Source of the DNA: a virus
Reading direction: 5' to 3' (one strand)
IMG/VR virus record: IMGVR_UViG_3300047121_000347
Location: 1 to 64,000 of that record
DNA length: 64,000 nucleotides
Positions 9,258 to 19,141 of the stretch are shown here, in pieces (positions within the stretch are counted from its first letter, which is position 1; every line of letters begins with the position of its first letter). The translations under genes and the position numbers were made by a program. The notes under the pieces are model-generated. The model had not been told where the DNA came from. It worked only from the letters and a program-made list of their open reading frames with translations, and did not search any database.

Positions 9258-9673
9258 TGGACGACAAAACTCACGAACTAGCGGTGCTTAAAGCCCAGGC
9301 CAGAATTAGGCTTGATGAGCTTAAAGCACAAGACTCGGCCAAAGAAGTAGCAGGAAAAGCCATTGGCGAAGATGGCTTACTGTATATCTTCCTAATCGTA
9401 CTCGTGGGTGTCGGTGCATCGTTATTCCTTGAAGGTGAGAAGATCGCCGCTGTGATGGGCTTGCTTGGCGCTTCACTTACTGCGCTTATTCAGATGCTTA
9501 ACGGTATTGCGGGGACCGCAGCTAAGCAAGAGAAGCCTGAGTTTGAAGTCATTAAAGACCTTATCCATCGTCTTGACAAACTGGACCGTGCCGAGCAACC
9601 CATGCAGGTTGACGTTGAGGGCAGCAAAGTAACGGTCAAAAAAGGTCAGGACATCGTAACGGCTAAGGGGTAA
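9257..9673 (+). CDS. two-TM membrane protein (holin/lysis-associated candidate)
   Basis: Two hydrophobic segments; lies upstream of the endolysin. Confidence 0.5.
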   Translation: MDDKTHELAVLKAQARIRLDELKAQDSAKEVAGKAIGEDGLLYIFLIVLVGVGASLFLEGEKIAAVMGLLGASLTALIQMLNGIAGTAAKQEKPEFEVIKDLIHRLDKLDRAEQPMQVDVEGSKVTVKKGQDIVTAKG

Positions 9674-9675
9674 AA

Positions 9676-10173
9676 ATGCTTGATATTATTGGCGGTGGTC
9701 TGTTTGGCACGATCTTCGGCGGTTTGTTTCGACTTGCGCCGGAGGTCTTAAAGTTCTTGGACCGCAAGAACGAGCGCCAGCATGAACTGTCCATGTTCAA
9801 CCGTCAATGTGAACTTGAGCAATTACGCGGCCAACAGAAACTAGCCGAAATCGGAGCCGAGCGTGACAAAGCAATTGATACTGGTGTCATGGCTGCATTT
9901 GAAGCAGCCATCAACTCACAGACCGAGATGGCTAAGGCTGCCGGTGGCTGGGTGGCGTCGCTTTCGGCTTCAGTCCGGCCGGTAGTTACGTATTGGATTC
10001 TGGCCATCTGGTCTGCTTCGCATATTTGGTTCGCGATTCTTGCTTCGCATGAGGGGCTCCCTGTGCAGGATATGTTCAAGATGATCATGTCGCCTGACTT
10101 TGCTGCTCTTGTTTCGGGCACGTTTAATTATTGGTTTCTTGACCGCACCTTGAAGACTCGAGGCCTTGCATGA
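9676..10173 (+). CDS. putative holin (3TM-holin-like)
   Basis: W...SVRPVVTY...YWFLDRTL with hydrophobic helices; overlaps the lysozyme start. Confidence 0.6.
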   Translation: MLDIIGGGLFGTIFGGLFRLAPEVLKFLDRKNERQHELSMFNRQCELEQLRGQQKLAEIGAERDKAIDTGVMAAFEAAINSQTEMAKAAGGWVASLSASVRPVVTYWILAIWSASHIWFAILASHEGLPVQDMFKMIMSPDFAALVSGTFNYWFLDRTLKTRGLA

Positions 10174-10631
10174 AACTTGACCTTGCGGCTGAGCTTTGCC
10201 GACGCTTTGAGGGGTTTTCCGCCCGGCCTTATCTCTGCCCGGCAGGGGTGTGGACCATTGGATACGGGTCAACGTATTATCAAAGCGGCGACCGTGTTAC
10301 AAAAGATGATCCGCCGATAACTCGCGAGTATGCCGAGCAACTCCTCATGCATGAGCTGGTGAATACCTACGCACCGGGGGTGGTAAGGCTCTGCCCGATA
10401 CTGTTAACTTTAGCGATTGAGAAAAAAGATTGGAAAAAACTAAACGCTGTCGTAGATTTCTGCTATAATCTAGGGGTAGGGCGCTTACAGACCTCCACTT
10501 TGAGGCGTAAAATAAACGCTCAAGACTGGGAAGGTGCAAAAGAGCAGCTCATGCTCTGGGTGCGCGGAGGGGGTAAGGTCCTGCGCGGTCTCGTTATCAG
10601 GCGTCAGGCCGAATGCAACTTGATGGGGTGA
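10170..10631 (+). CDS. endolysin, GH24 phage lysozyme
   Basis: FEG...YLCPAGVWTIGYGST, FCYNLG, GLVIRRQAE. Confidence 0.92.
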   Translation: MKLDLAAELCRRFEGFSARPYLCPAGVWTIGYGSTYYQSGDRVTKDDPPITREYAEQLLMHELVNTYAPGVVRLCPILLTLAIEKKDWKKLNAVVDFCYNLGVGRLQTSTLRRKINAQDWEGAKEQLMLWVRGGGKVLRGLVIRRQAECNLMG

Positions 10632-10637
10632 TGAGTT

Positions 10638-10802
10638 ATGAAAGAGGTATGGGAAAAACCACGGCCTAAATCACTCGGCAAATCTAAATCTTTAAGCCCG
10701 AATCAGAAACGAGCAGCCAAAGCTTTTGCCAAACGCACCGGAACCACGTACCCTTCGTTGGTAGCCAATATGGCCGGTGCTAAGGCTAAAAGGAGCTGGT
10801 GA
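10638..10802 (+). CDS. small basic hypothetical protein (54 aa, not in ORF track)
   Basis: MKEVWEKPRPKSLGKSKSLSPNQKRAAKAFAKRTGTTYPSLVANMAGAKAKRSW*; stop overlaps next ATG. Confidence 0.6.
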   Translation: MKEVWEKPRPKSLGKSKSLSPNQKRAAKAFAKRTGTTYPSLVANMAGAKAKRSW

Positions 10803-11437
10803 TGACCGTTGCCTATGCAATGACCTATGATAGTCTGGTGCTTGATATCCAGCAATATCTGGAGCGCACAGACGATGCCACCCTTGAGCGCATTCCGACG
10901 TTTATCGGTTTGGCTGAGCAGGTCATCGCGAGTCAGACTAAGTTTCTTGGAAACCTCACCGTTCAGTCTAACACGCTGACGGCCGCCAACCCCATTATTG
11001 ACAAACCGGCTCGCTGGCACAAGACCGTTTCTATGAACATTACCGTAGCGGGCAAACGTTATCCGGTTCTGTTGAGAAAGTATGAGTACCTGCGTGAGTA
11101 CTGGCCTGACCCCACTCAAACCGGCGTTCCTAAGTTCTATTGTGATTACGATTACACGCACTGGTTTATCGCTCCAACACCGGCACTTGCGTATAACTTT
11201 GAAGTGCTTTACTACGAACGGGTGCAACCGCTGAGTTCAGCTAATCAGACTAATTGGTTCACTGTGTACGCCCCGCAAGCGCTCTTGTACGGCTCGTTGT
11301 TACAAGCCATGCCGTTTTTGAAAAACGACGAGCGCACCCCGCTATGGCAGGCCCAATACGATGCCATTATTCAAACCCTCATGGCCGAAGATAAGCTACG
11401 TATCGCTGATCGTCAGGCCGTTGCTGCGGACAGTTAA
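10802..11437 (+). CDS. head-tail adaptor / tail tubular-like protein
   Basis: TYDSL...IPTFI.LAE...G.PKFY...APTP...NW....P..LLYGSL; position before tail genes. Confidence 0.6.
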   Translation: MTVAYAMTYDSLVLDIQQYLERTDDATLERIPTFIGLAEQVIASQTKFLGNLTVQSNTLTAANPIIDKPARWHKTVSMNITVAGKRYPVLLRKYEYLREYWPDPTQTGVPKFYCDYDYTHWFIAPTPALAYNFEVLYYERVQPLSSANQTNWFTVYAPQALLYGSLLQAMPFLKNDERTPLWQAQYDAIIQTLMAEDKLRIADRQAVAADS

Positions 11438-11439
11438 TC

Positions 11440-12678
11440 ATGAGCTACACAAGCCCCTTCACAGGCGACGTTGTACAGCCGACCGACGTTTCTTATGAAT
11501 CCATAAGCCTGACAGGTAACTTACAACTTGTCTGGCCTATCAATGGCAACTTAAGCACTGAAACGCCGGCAGCACGCATCATGGACGTAACGTCCTCAGG
11601 TGCTTATGAATTGCGTATGCCACCTGCCAATCAGGTCTCAGTAGGCCAGGATGCGCTTATTCGCAATACAGGTGCTAATACCATCACGGTTAAGACCTAT
11701 GACGGCAACTCAACCATCATTACAGTTGCCTCGGGTGTTGCTAAGTACATTTACCTGACTGATAACAGTGACGTTTATGGTACTTGGGCCAATGTGCAAT
11801 TTGGCGCAGGCACCTCATCAGCCGATGCTGCAACGCTTGCCGGTGCTGGTTTATTAGCGGTTGGAGCCACGCTCAATCAAAGTCATCCAACAGCCTCAGT
11901 GGTTGCCAATCAGGTGTTTGTTGATGGCGATCGCGCAAAGGCTTACATCTGGACGGGTGGCACTACAACGACGACGCTGCCGCTTGCAACCACAGTGGGC
12001 AGTAACTGGTTCTTCCTTGTGAAGAACAGCGGCTCAGGAACCTTAACGATTAGCGGTAACTCAGGTGAATTGATTGATGGTGCATCCACCAAAGACTTCA
12101 ATCCAAACGAGTCAGCATTTATTGTCTCTACAGGCACAACCTTTGTCACGGTTGGGTTTGGTGTCAGTACGCAGTTTGAATTCTCAGCACTTACCAAGAC
12201 TGTCACAACGGGCACTTACACGCTAACTGCCAATGAGGCCTCTAATACGATCCAGATTTACAACGGCACCTTGACAGGTAATGTAACAATCATTGTCCCG
12301 CCGATTGTTAATCTGTATGTGATTAGTAACCAGTGCTCTGCAGGTATCTTTACCTTAACGGTGTCTACAGGTATCTCTGGCGGGGCTACAGCAACCGTTC
12401 CAGCCTCAGGACAGGCAACCCTAATCTGTGATGGTACGAACCTCTTAAACGCCAATACAGCGATTGCTGGCGGCACGGCTATCAGTTTGGTCAATGGCTC
12501 TGCTGCAAGTCCCTCACTGAACTTTGCAAGCGAAACGAATACAGGCATTTATCGGCCTGGCTCAAGTCGATTTGGCATTTCAGTGGGTGGCAGTCTTATT
12601 GCCGAGGTCAACACCACAGGACTTGAAGTCACTGGTACAGGCAACTTTACAGGTGGCGTTTCTGGGGGCACGTTTTGA
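11440..12678 (+). CDS. virion structural protein
   Basis: 412 aa, Thr/Gly/Ser-rich beta repeats; ends in GGTF. Confidence 0.6.
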   Translation: MSYTSPFTGDVVQPTDVSYESISLTGNLQLVWPINGNLSTETPAARIMDVTSSGAYELRMPPANQVSVGQDALIRNTGANTITVKTYDGNSTIITVASGVAKYIYLTDNSDVYGTWANVQFGAGTSSADAATLAGAGLLAVGATLNQSHPTASVVANQVFVDGDRAKAYIWTGGTTTTTLPLATTVGSNWFFLVKNSGSGTLTISGNSGELIDGASTKDFNPNESAFIVSTGTTFVTVGFGVSTQFEFSALTKTVTTGTYTLTANEASNTIQIYNGTLTGNVTIIVPPIVNLYVISNQCSAGIFTLTVSTGISGGATATVPASGQATLICDGTNLLNANTAIAGGTAISLVNGSAASPSLNFASETNTGIYRPGSSRFGISVGGSLIAEVNTTGLEVTGTGNFTGGVSGGTF

Positions 12679-14963
12679 CAAAAAAGGTCTTTACCCTCGA
12701 CACCCGTCCTGGCATTCAGCGGGATGGGACGCTCTTTGATAAAGAGTATTACACCGATGGACGCTGGGTGCGATTCCAGAAGTTTGGTGGTGAACTGGCT
12801 CGGCCAAGAAAGATGGGCGGTTATCGAGAAATTGCCAACAACCTTGCCGGCCCCTCTCGAGGGGTTTTTGTTGTTGTACGAAGCCTTTATAACAACGTCT
12901 ACAGCGGCTATTCAGACGGCTTACAGGTCGTACCTATTAACAATAATGGTGTCGGCGCTGGCGTTACGGATTTCAGCTTTGCAGGCCCAGTCACAACGGT
13001 AAGCATTACCACGGCAGGTAGCGGTTATACCAATGGCTCATATACCAATGTGCCCTTAGCTTACAGCACTTCAGGAACTGGCAGTGGCGCAAGAGCTAGC
13101 GTGACAGTTTCAGGTGGTGCAGTAACTGCCGTTACCCTGACAGGTGGCGGTGTACGTTATGTGCCCGGTGAGTTCTTAACGATTGCCAACACTTATCTCG
13201 GTGGCGCTGGCTCTGGTGTCTTGTTACAGATCTCGGCGATTGATTCGCCATTTACCGCCTCAGATAACAACTCATGGCAGTTTGATACGTTTACTGATTC
13301 AGTTGATCAAAACACGAATCTGTTGCTTGCACATCCTTCGCAAGACCTGCAAGACATCGATAATGAAACCAACACACGCTTGCTGTGTGGGCCATTGTCA
13401 GGCTCAGTCTTATGGGCTGCCGGCTTATTCGCGGTGGATAGTTGTGTGCTTAACAGTACAACAACAGTCACTTTGGCTGCTATCAGCACCAAGATTGCTG
13501 CAGGTCAAGTCGTTAAAGGTCCTGGCATTCCTGCTGGCACAACCGTTGTATCTGTCGTCTCAACGACAGTAACCCTCAGCCAGGCGGCAACGATCTCAGC
13601 CACAACAACACTGACCTTTGACAATGAAGTCTCTATTTCAGGCGGGGTCGTTGCATTACATCCTTATGTGTTTGTTTACGGCAATGACGGCCTGATCTGG
13701 AACTGCTCAGCAGGTGACATAGATGATTGGGTCTCGGCTGATGCCAATCGCGTCAATGCTGCCACTGGAAAGATCTTACAAGGGCTTCCCGTTCGAGGTG
13801 GTTCCAACTCACCATCAGGTCTGTTTTGGTCGCTTGATAGCCTTATTAGGGTGTCTTACGCACCTCAGTCATTAGGTGTGGCAGGAACGGCAAACTTTGC
13901 CGCGCCAACCTTCTGGCGGTATGACATCATCACATCGCAATCATCCTTCTTATCGTCCTCAGCCGTTATTGAATATGACGGCATTTACTTCTGGACGGGC
14001 GTTGATCGCTTCTTGCTTTACAACGGCGTAACCAAAGAGATTCCTAATTCCTTTAACCAGAACTACTTCTTTGACAACCTGAACTACGCGCAGCGTCAGA
14101 AGGTCTGGGCCACGAAGGTTCCAAGGTTTGGTGAGATCTGGTGGTTTTATCCCAAGGGTGACGCCTCTGAATGCACAGATGCTGTGATTTACAACGTCAG
14201 GGATAACACCTGGTATGACACTGGAGAGGCTTTGGGAGCACAACGCTCGGCAGGCTACTTCTCGCAAGTCTTCCGATTTCCCGTGCAGGCAGGCTTTGAT
14301 GTCAACACGGCTGACAGCATCAACGCAGTAACCATTACTAATGCTGGCTCGGCTTATACGGATGCCACTTACAGCTACAAAACGCTCTCAGGAGGCACAG
14401 GAACCGGTGCTACGGCCACCATGGTCGTCATTGGAGGTAAGGTCGTCTCAGTAACGATTAACGATCGTGGCTCAGGCTATACCGTCGGTGACGTACTGAC
14501 GGCCACACTTACTGGTGGCTCGGGTTTCCAAATCACTGTGCAGACATTGATGCAGCAAGTATCACTCTGGCAGCATGAGTACGGTAAAGATGTCATTCAA
14601 GGCACTTCAGTATTGGCCATTGAGAGCTACTTCACGACATCTGATTTAGGTGTGATTGCCGGCGGTCCGGCAACCTTCTCACCGGTTGGTGTGAACAGTT
14701 GGACACGCATTGAGCGTGTTGAGCCTAACTTCATTCAAACCGGTGATTTAGACCTGTATATCATCGGCAGACCCTATCCTGACCAGCCCGATAAAATCAC
14801 GGGACCGTATACGTTTGCGCCAGGAACAAGCAAAATTGACATGAAAGAACAGCGTCGATTGCTGCGCTTAAAATTTGTCAGTAATGTGGCTGGTGGCGAC
14901 TACCAGACCGGCAAGATTATTGTCGATGCGGACACGGGCGACGTGAGGGGTTATACGGTATGA
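12675..14963 (+). CDS. tail nozzle / DNA-stabilisation protein (P22 gp10/T7 gp12-like)
   Basis: 762 aa; PGIQRDGT...WVRF, FGEIWWFYP, YN...W; TTG start overlapping the upstream stop. Confidence 0.6.
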   Translation: MTKKVFTLDTRPGIQRDGTLFDKEYYTDGRWVRFQKFGGELARPRKMGGYREIANNLAGPSRGVFVVVRSLYNNVYSGYSDGLQVVPINNNGVGAGVTDFSFAGPVTTVSITTAGSGYTNGSYTNVPLAYSTSGTGSGARASVTVSGGAVTAVTLTGGGVRYVPGEFLTIANTYLGGAGSGVLLQISAIDSPFTASDNNSWQFDTFTDSVDQNTNLLLAHPSQDLQDIDNETNTRLLCGPLSGSVLWAAGLFAVDSCVLNSTTTVTLAAISTKIAAGQVVKGPGIPAGTTVVSVVSTTVTLSQAATISATTTLTFDNEVSISGGVVALHPYVFVYGNDGLIWNCSAGDIDDWVSADANRVNAATGKILQGLPVRGGSNSPSGLFWSLDSLIRVSYAPQSLGVAGTANFAAPTFWRYDIITSQSSFLSSSAVIEYDGIYFWTGVDRFLLYNGVTKEIPNSFNQNYFFDNLNYAQRQKVWATKVPRFGEIWWFYPKGDASECTDAVIYNVRDNTWYDTGEALGAQRSAGYFSQVFRFPVQAGFDVNTADSINAVTITNAGSAYTDATYSYKTLSGGTGTGATATMVVIGGKVVSVTINDRGSGYTVGDVLTATLTGGSGFQITVQTLMQQVSLWQHEYGKDVIQGTSVLAIESYFTTSDLGVIAGGPATFSPVGVNSWTRIERVEPNFIQTGDLDLYIIGRPYPDQPDKITGPYTFAPGTSKIDMKEQRRLLRLKFVSNVAGGDYQTGKIIVDADTGDVRGYTV

Positions 14964-15208
14964 GCGTAGCGCTTATCTATGATCCGAGGTTTCATACCTT
15001 TGAGTCTTGGGCTTGCCTCATGTGTGAGTTATACGCCTCCAACCAGCTGCAAGTACCCATACTTAGCACTGACTGGAAGTCATGGGCTGCAGGCTTAAAG
15101 GCTATTGATGTTTTTGCCAACGAAGCCATTCCTGAGCCTTACGGCTTTGAGGACTGGCAGGATTGGGCATCGGCCGTGGTCGGCGCCGTTAATCCGAGGA
15201 CGAACTGA
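14960..15208 (+). CDS. hypothetical protein
   Basis: 82 aa, Trp-rich; ATGA-coupled. Confidence 0.55.
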   Translation: MSVALIYDPRFHTFESWACLMCELYASNQLQVPILSTDWKSWAAGLKAIDVFANEAIPEPYGFEDWQDWASAVVGAVNPRTN

Positions 15209-15209
15209 A

Positions 15210-18200
15210 ATGGCGCTCGAACAAGCACGTATGTTTATGGAGCCAGAAGAAACTGATGACCTGCGGGTTTTAGCAGCGCCGGGTGCTTTGCAATCTGCTG
15301 CTCCTGCAAGTTCCGCAGCCTCATCTCAAGCGGCGGCTGGGCCAAGACTAGGTTCTGATTTAACAGACTTGTCTAATGAAACTGAAGCAGTGACCGGAGT
15401 CAAGCCTGGCGTTGACTTTAGGGCGCCAACGACATTTGCAGAGAACTATCTGATGGGCGTTGATCCGACGTTCCAGCAAAAGTTTTTCAAGCCAGGTTCA
15501 TCAGATCGTTACACAGGAACCTTCGTCAATACTTATCGTGTCGCTGACGGCAAGATGGTGCCCATTGAGGCGACCCCGGCTGACATTGCCAAGGGTGACG
15601 TTATCTTTTATGTGGGCGGCGCACCAGGTTCTGAATATGCAGGCGAAAGTCGTGTTGGCCAGGCTTATACGATCAAGGATGGAGCGCTCACGCCAGTAGG
15701 CGGAGCATCGTCATATAAAGCTCCCGAGAAAACGCCCTTCTTTAAGGAATTCCTGCTTGAAGGCGTATTACCCATGGTGCTTGCCGCTGCGGGTCCCGCA
15801 GGCCTTTTTGAGGGTCTTGGCGGGGCATTATCTGGCGGTGCTTTAACCGGGTCTGCTGCCTCATCCCTTGGCAGTGGCGCATTCAACCTTGGCTCTCAAA
15901 TACTGGCCGGAAAAGATCCAATTGATGCATTAAAGAGCACGGCTTTAAGTTATGGCGCTGGGCAAATTGCCAACCAACTTAACTCAATGCTTCCTCAAGA
16001 GCTTGGCTCTGTCGGCAGGCAGGCAGTCTCTCAGCTTATTACAACAGGAAAGATAAACCCTTTATCACTTGCAACGACCGCAGGTGTTGATTTTGCTGCT
16101 GATACGCTAGCCCAAGAAACAGGCATCAGCAAAGCAAGCGCAGGGCAGCTGATCCGCAGCGGTTTGCAACTTGCGCAGGGTAACCAAACCGGCGCATTGT
16201 CTTCATTAATATCTTCGGGTGCATTGTCTGGCACAGGAACCAAACCAACCGGCGGCCTAGCAGACTACGGCGACATCAATACGCAGGGTCAAGAACGCGG
16301 TGTTAATGAGCGCACATATAGCGAGGGCGTATACGACGCGCTGCTTGGCGCTTTATCAGGCGCTCAGGGAGAGCAATCGTTGGCCGACAAAGAACAAGTC
16401 GCCGGTCTTCCGTTGCTTGGCGGCGTAATTGCCGGTCATTTGGGCGCCGGGCTCAAGCTTAACGAATTACTCAAGGCTCGCGGTGTAACCAAAGAACTTA
16501 ACGACCCAACACTAACTTCCGAATTAAAAACGCCCGAGGAAAAGGCGCTTTATAACGAATGGTATAAATCGACGATCGGAAAATGGGACCCCGCAACCGG
16601 TTCGACGCAGATCACGCTTAACAAGCCAGCCGATCAGTCTTTGACGGTTCAGTCCAGTCGTGTTCCTTCTGGTTTTACATACAACGACTTTACGCAAAGT
16701 TTTCCTTACGTCGATGAGTTTGGCGACGTACATTATGTTGACAAAAAAGACCTCAACATCGATCCAGAACTCAAGTGGCTTAAAGAGATTTATTTCCCCG
16801 AGCCCATTACGATTGATACTGAGTTTGATATCGCCGACCCTATAAAAGTTAAAACAAAACTTAGCACTTCAAGCAGTTCTCAGTCGGATAGCTCTCAATC
16901 AGATAGTTCTCAGCTGACTGACTCTCAACTTACGAACCTTACGAGCGGTTTAGACGCTTCTCAACTCAAGTCTAGCTCAACCAGCAGTGGTCTGAGCGGT
17001 CTGACTGCTGATAGCGGCGGCACTCCTTCAGGCGGTACTCCTGGTGGCGAGACTCCTGGCGGAGGAACAACTGGCGGAGAAACCGCCGGAGGTGACCTGC
17101 AGCCAACCCAAGCCGAAGTCATGAAGAAACTTGGCGACGAATTGCTCGCCCAAGGAAAATCACAGGAAGAGGTCGCCAATGAGTTAAATCGTCAGCTTGA
17201 AGGCACCAATCTTCGGGCTGGTTTTAAGGTGGTTAACGGTCAGCCAAGCACGAATATCTACGAGAGCAAAGTTGTAGACCGCACAAGAAGTGGCGAAGAC
17301 TACGCGGCGATCAGAAGCGGTCTATCTCAGAAGTTCAGTGATGGCAAAACGGCGGCTCAAGACCTTGCCGCTGACATCAACACAAGAATGCGCACGGCTA
17401 ACGGCATCGTTTACGACACGATGGAAGAGGCAATCAGGGCGCGTAATCCCGGCGAAGCTACAGGACCCTCCGGAGATCGGCCCAAGGCTTCTGACTACGC
17501 ATATCAATACGTTTTCAACAAGGTCTACGGTCGTCCTGGTACCGAAGACGAGCTTAAGTATGCAAGAACCCGATCCATATCAGAGCTTGAAAGCGACCTT
17601 AGTGGTTTTTTGAGCGATTGGAAAAGCTCTCAACCTGCTGGGGGAGGCACCACGGGTGAGAACACCGCAGACACGGGAACACCGGTTAATGTAGAAACAG
17701 GGACGTCAGGGGTTTCAGGCGAATCAGGTGTATCCGGAACCTCAGGGGTTTCGGGTTTTAGCGGAGTTTCTGGCCAATCGGGAACCTCAGGAATTTCAGG
17801 GTTCTCAGGTAGTTCGGGAGCTTCTGGGTTTTCTGGGGTATCTGGGCTTTCAGGGGCTTCTGGGTTTTCTGGGGTTTCAGGTCAATCGGGAGTCTCGGGC
17901 TTTAGCGGTTTTTCAGGCGAGTCTGGAACTTCTGGATTTTCAGGATTCTCTGGCGAATCTGGTGCTTCGGGGTGGTCGGGTGTCTCTGGCGAATCGGGAG
18001 TATCTGGATTCTCAGGTATGTCTGGCGAATCGGGCACCTCAGGCTTTAGCGGCTTTTCTGGTGAATCTGGGGTATCTGGGTTTTCTGGTTTTAGCGGATT
18101 GTCAGGCGACTCTGGTTTCAGTGGCGCGTCAGGGGTTTCTGGTACGTCTGGCTTTAGCGGCTTTTCTGGTGAGTCGGGCATTTCGGGCTACTCGGGAGCC

Positions 18201-19139
18201 TCAGGGGTTTCTGGCATATCAGGGTTTAGCGGGTTCTCTGGGGTGTCAGGCGAGTCGGGATCTTCCGGCTACAGCGGCGCTTCTGGTGTGTCGGGTTTTA
18301 GCGGAACCTCCGGCATTTCGGGCGAATCAGGGTTTTCAGGGTTTTCCGGAGTATCTGGAGTTTCGGGTTTCTCCGGAACGTCAGGGGTGTCAGGTAAGTC
18401 AGGCTTTAGCGGATTTTCCGGAGTGTCTGGGGTCAGCGGAGTTTCTGGATTTTCAGGGTTCTCCGGGGCTGCCGGCCGAGATGGTAAAGCGGTTTATGCG
18501 CCCGCAGCAGTGGTTAGCTCAATCGCTGCCGCTCCAGCTGCTATTGACTGGCTCGGGCAGCGCATGTTGGAATCCAAAACCCGAGGCGGCTATCAAGACC
18601 CCTTGGCGGAGTTTCGAGCCCTGCAGCAAGATATCGAAAAAGAATCTTTACTGAAACAATTACAGCCCGAGTTGGCTAATGTACTTGCGGAGCGTAACGC
18701 CATGCCTTATTACTCCTACGGCCAGGAGCCGCCTATTGAAGACGTGTTGGGCTTGCCCGGCGGGGAATCTTCAAGCTATAATGAGTCGGATTACGTTCCG
18801 ATGTTCAAAGCTGGCGGAAAAGTATCCCCTCTGAACATTCAAATGATGTATGCCAAAGGTGGGCACGCTCGTGAAGATTTCCGCGACGGTAAGCATGTGG
18901 CTGGACCCGGTGACGGGCAGTCGGATGATATTCCGGCGTGGTTGGCGGACGGAGAGTTTGTGTTCCCAGCCGACGTGGTCAGCGCGTTGGGTAATGGGTC
19001 AACCAAGGCCGGAACCGAAAAGCTCTACGATATGATGCACGAAATTCGAGCACGGGCACGGTCCTCGAAGGAAAAAGACCTACCCCCTCCGGCACATAAG
19101 TCGCCGCTCGATTACCTTAAAACTAAGAAAGGTAAATAA
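15210..19139 (+). CDS. large putative internal virion/ejection protein with (Ser-Gly-X)n tract
   Basis: ATG 15210 after GAGGA; SG repeat; C-terminal GPGDGQSDDIPAWLADGEFVFPADVVSALGNG domain. Confidence 0.65.
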   Translation: MALEQARMFMEPEETDDLRVLAAPGALQSAAPASSAASSQAAAGPRLGSDLTDLSNETEAVTGVKPGVDFRAPTTFAENYLMGVDPTFQQKFFKPGSSDRYTGTFVNTYRVADGKMVPIEATPADIAKGDVIFYVGGAPGSEYAGESRVGQAYTIKDGALTPVGGASSYKAPEKTPFFKEFLLEGVLPMVLAAAGPAGLFEGLGGALSGGALTGSAASSLGSGAFNLGSQILAGKDPIDALKSTALSYGAGQIANQLNSMLPQELGSVGRQAVSQLITTGKINPLSLATTAGVDFAADTLAQETGISKASAGQLIRSGLQLAQGNQTGALSSLISSGALSGTGTKPTGGLADYGDINTQGQERGVNERTYSEGVYDALLGALSGAQGEQSLADKEQVAGLPLLGGVIAGHLGAGLKLNELLKARGVTKELNDPTLTSELKTPEEKALYNEWYKSTIGKWDPATGSTQITLNKPADQSLTVQSSRVPSGFTYNDFTQSFPYVDEFGDVHYVDKKDLNIDPELKWLKEIYFPEPITIDTEFDIADPIKVKTKLSTSSSSQSDSSQSDSSQLTDSQLTNLTSGLDASQLKSSSTSSGLSGLTADSGGTPSGGTPGGETPGGGTTGGETAGGDLQPTQAEVMKKLGDELLAQGKSQEEVANELNRQLEGTNLRAGFKVVNGQPSTNIYESKVVDRTRSGEDYAAIRSGLSQKFSDGKTAAQDLAADINTRMRTANGIVYDTMEEAIRARNPGEATGPSGDRPKASDYAYQYVFNKVYGRPGTEDELKYARTRSISELESDLSGFLSDWKSSQPAGGGTTGENTADTGTPVNVETGTSGVSGESGVSGTSGVSGFSGVSGQSGTSGISGFSGSSGASGFSGVSGLSGASGFSGVSGQSGVSGFSGFSGESGTSGFSGFSGESGASGWSGVSGESGVSGFSGMSGESGTSGFSGFSGESGVSGFSGFSGLSGDSGFSGASGVSGTSGFSGFSGESGISGYSGASGVSGISGFSGFSGVSGESGSSGYSGASGVSGFSGTSGISGESGFSGFSGVSGVSGFSGTSGVSGKSGFSGFSGVSGVSGVSGFSGFSGAAGRDGKAVYAPAAVVSSIAAAPAAIDWLGQRMLESKTRGGYQDPLAEFRALQQDIEKESLLKQLQPELANVLAERNAMPYYSYGQEPPIEDVLGLPGGESSSYNESDYVPMFKAGGKVSPLNIQMMYAKGGHAREDFRDGKHVAGPGDGQSDDIPAWLADGEFVFPADVVSALGNGSTKAGTEKLYDMMHEIRARARSSKEKDLPPPAHKSPLDYLKTKKGK
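17706..18470 (+). repeat. 85 in-frame Ser-Gly-X triplets (collagen-like Gly-X-Ser)
   Basis: 765 nt = 255 codons of uninterrupted SGX; synonymous codons vary. Confidence 0.95.
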
Positions 19140-19141
19140 TC

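Noticed and set aside
10461-10469. extended -10 promoter TGCTATAAT inside the lysozyme gene
   Set aside because: Coincides with the conserved F-x-Y-N codons, and no -35 like the other promoters is present
17728-18654. 308-aa alternative-frame ORF and antisense PE/PD-rich ORF over the SG tract
   Set aside because: By-products of the repeat; codon variation preserves only the SGX frame
18890-19050. tape-measure protein (GPG...SD.IPA.L..GEFV motif)
   Set aside because: The motif also occurs in tape measures, but the rest of the protein lacks tape-measure character and no tail tube, sheath or tail chaperone genes are seen
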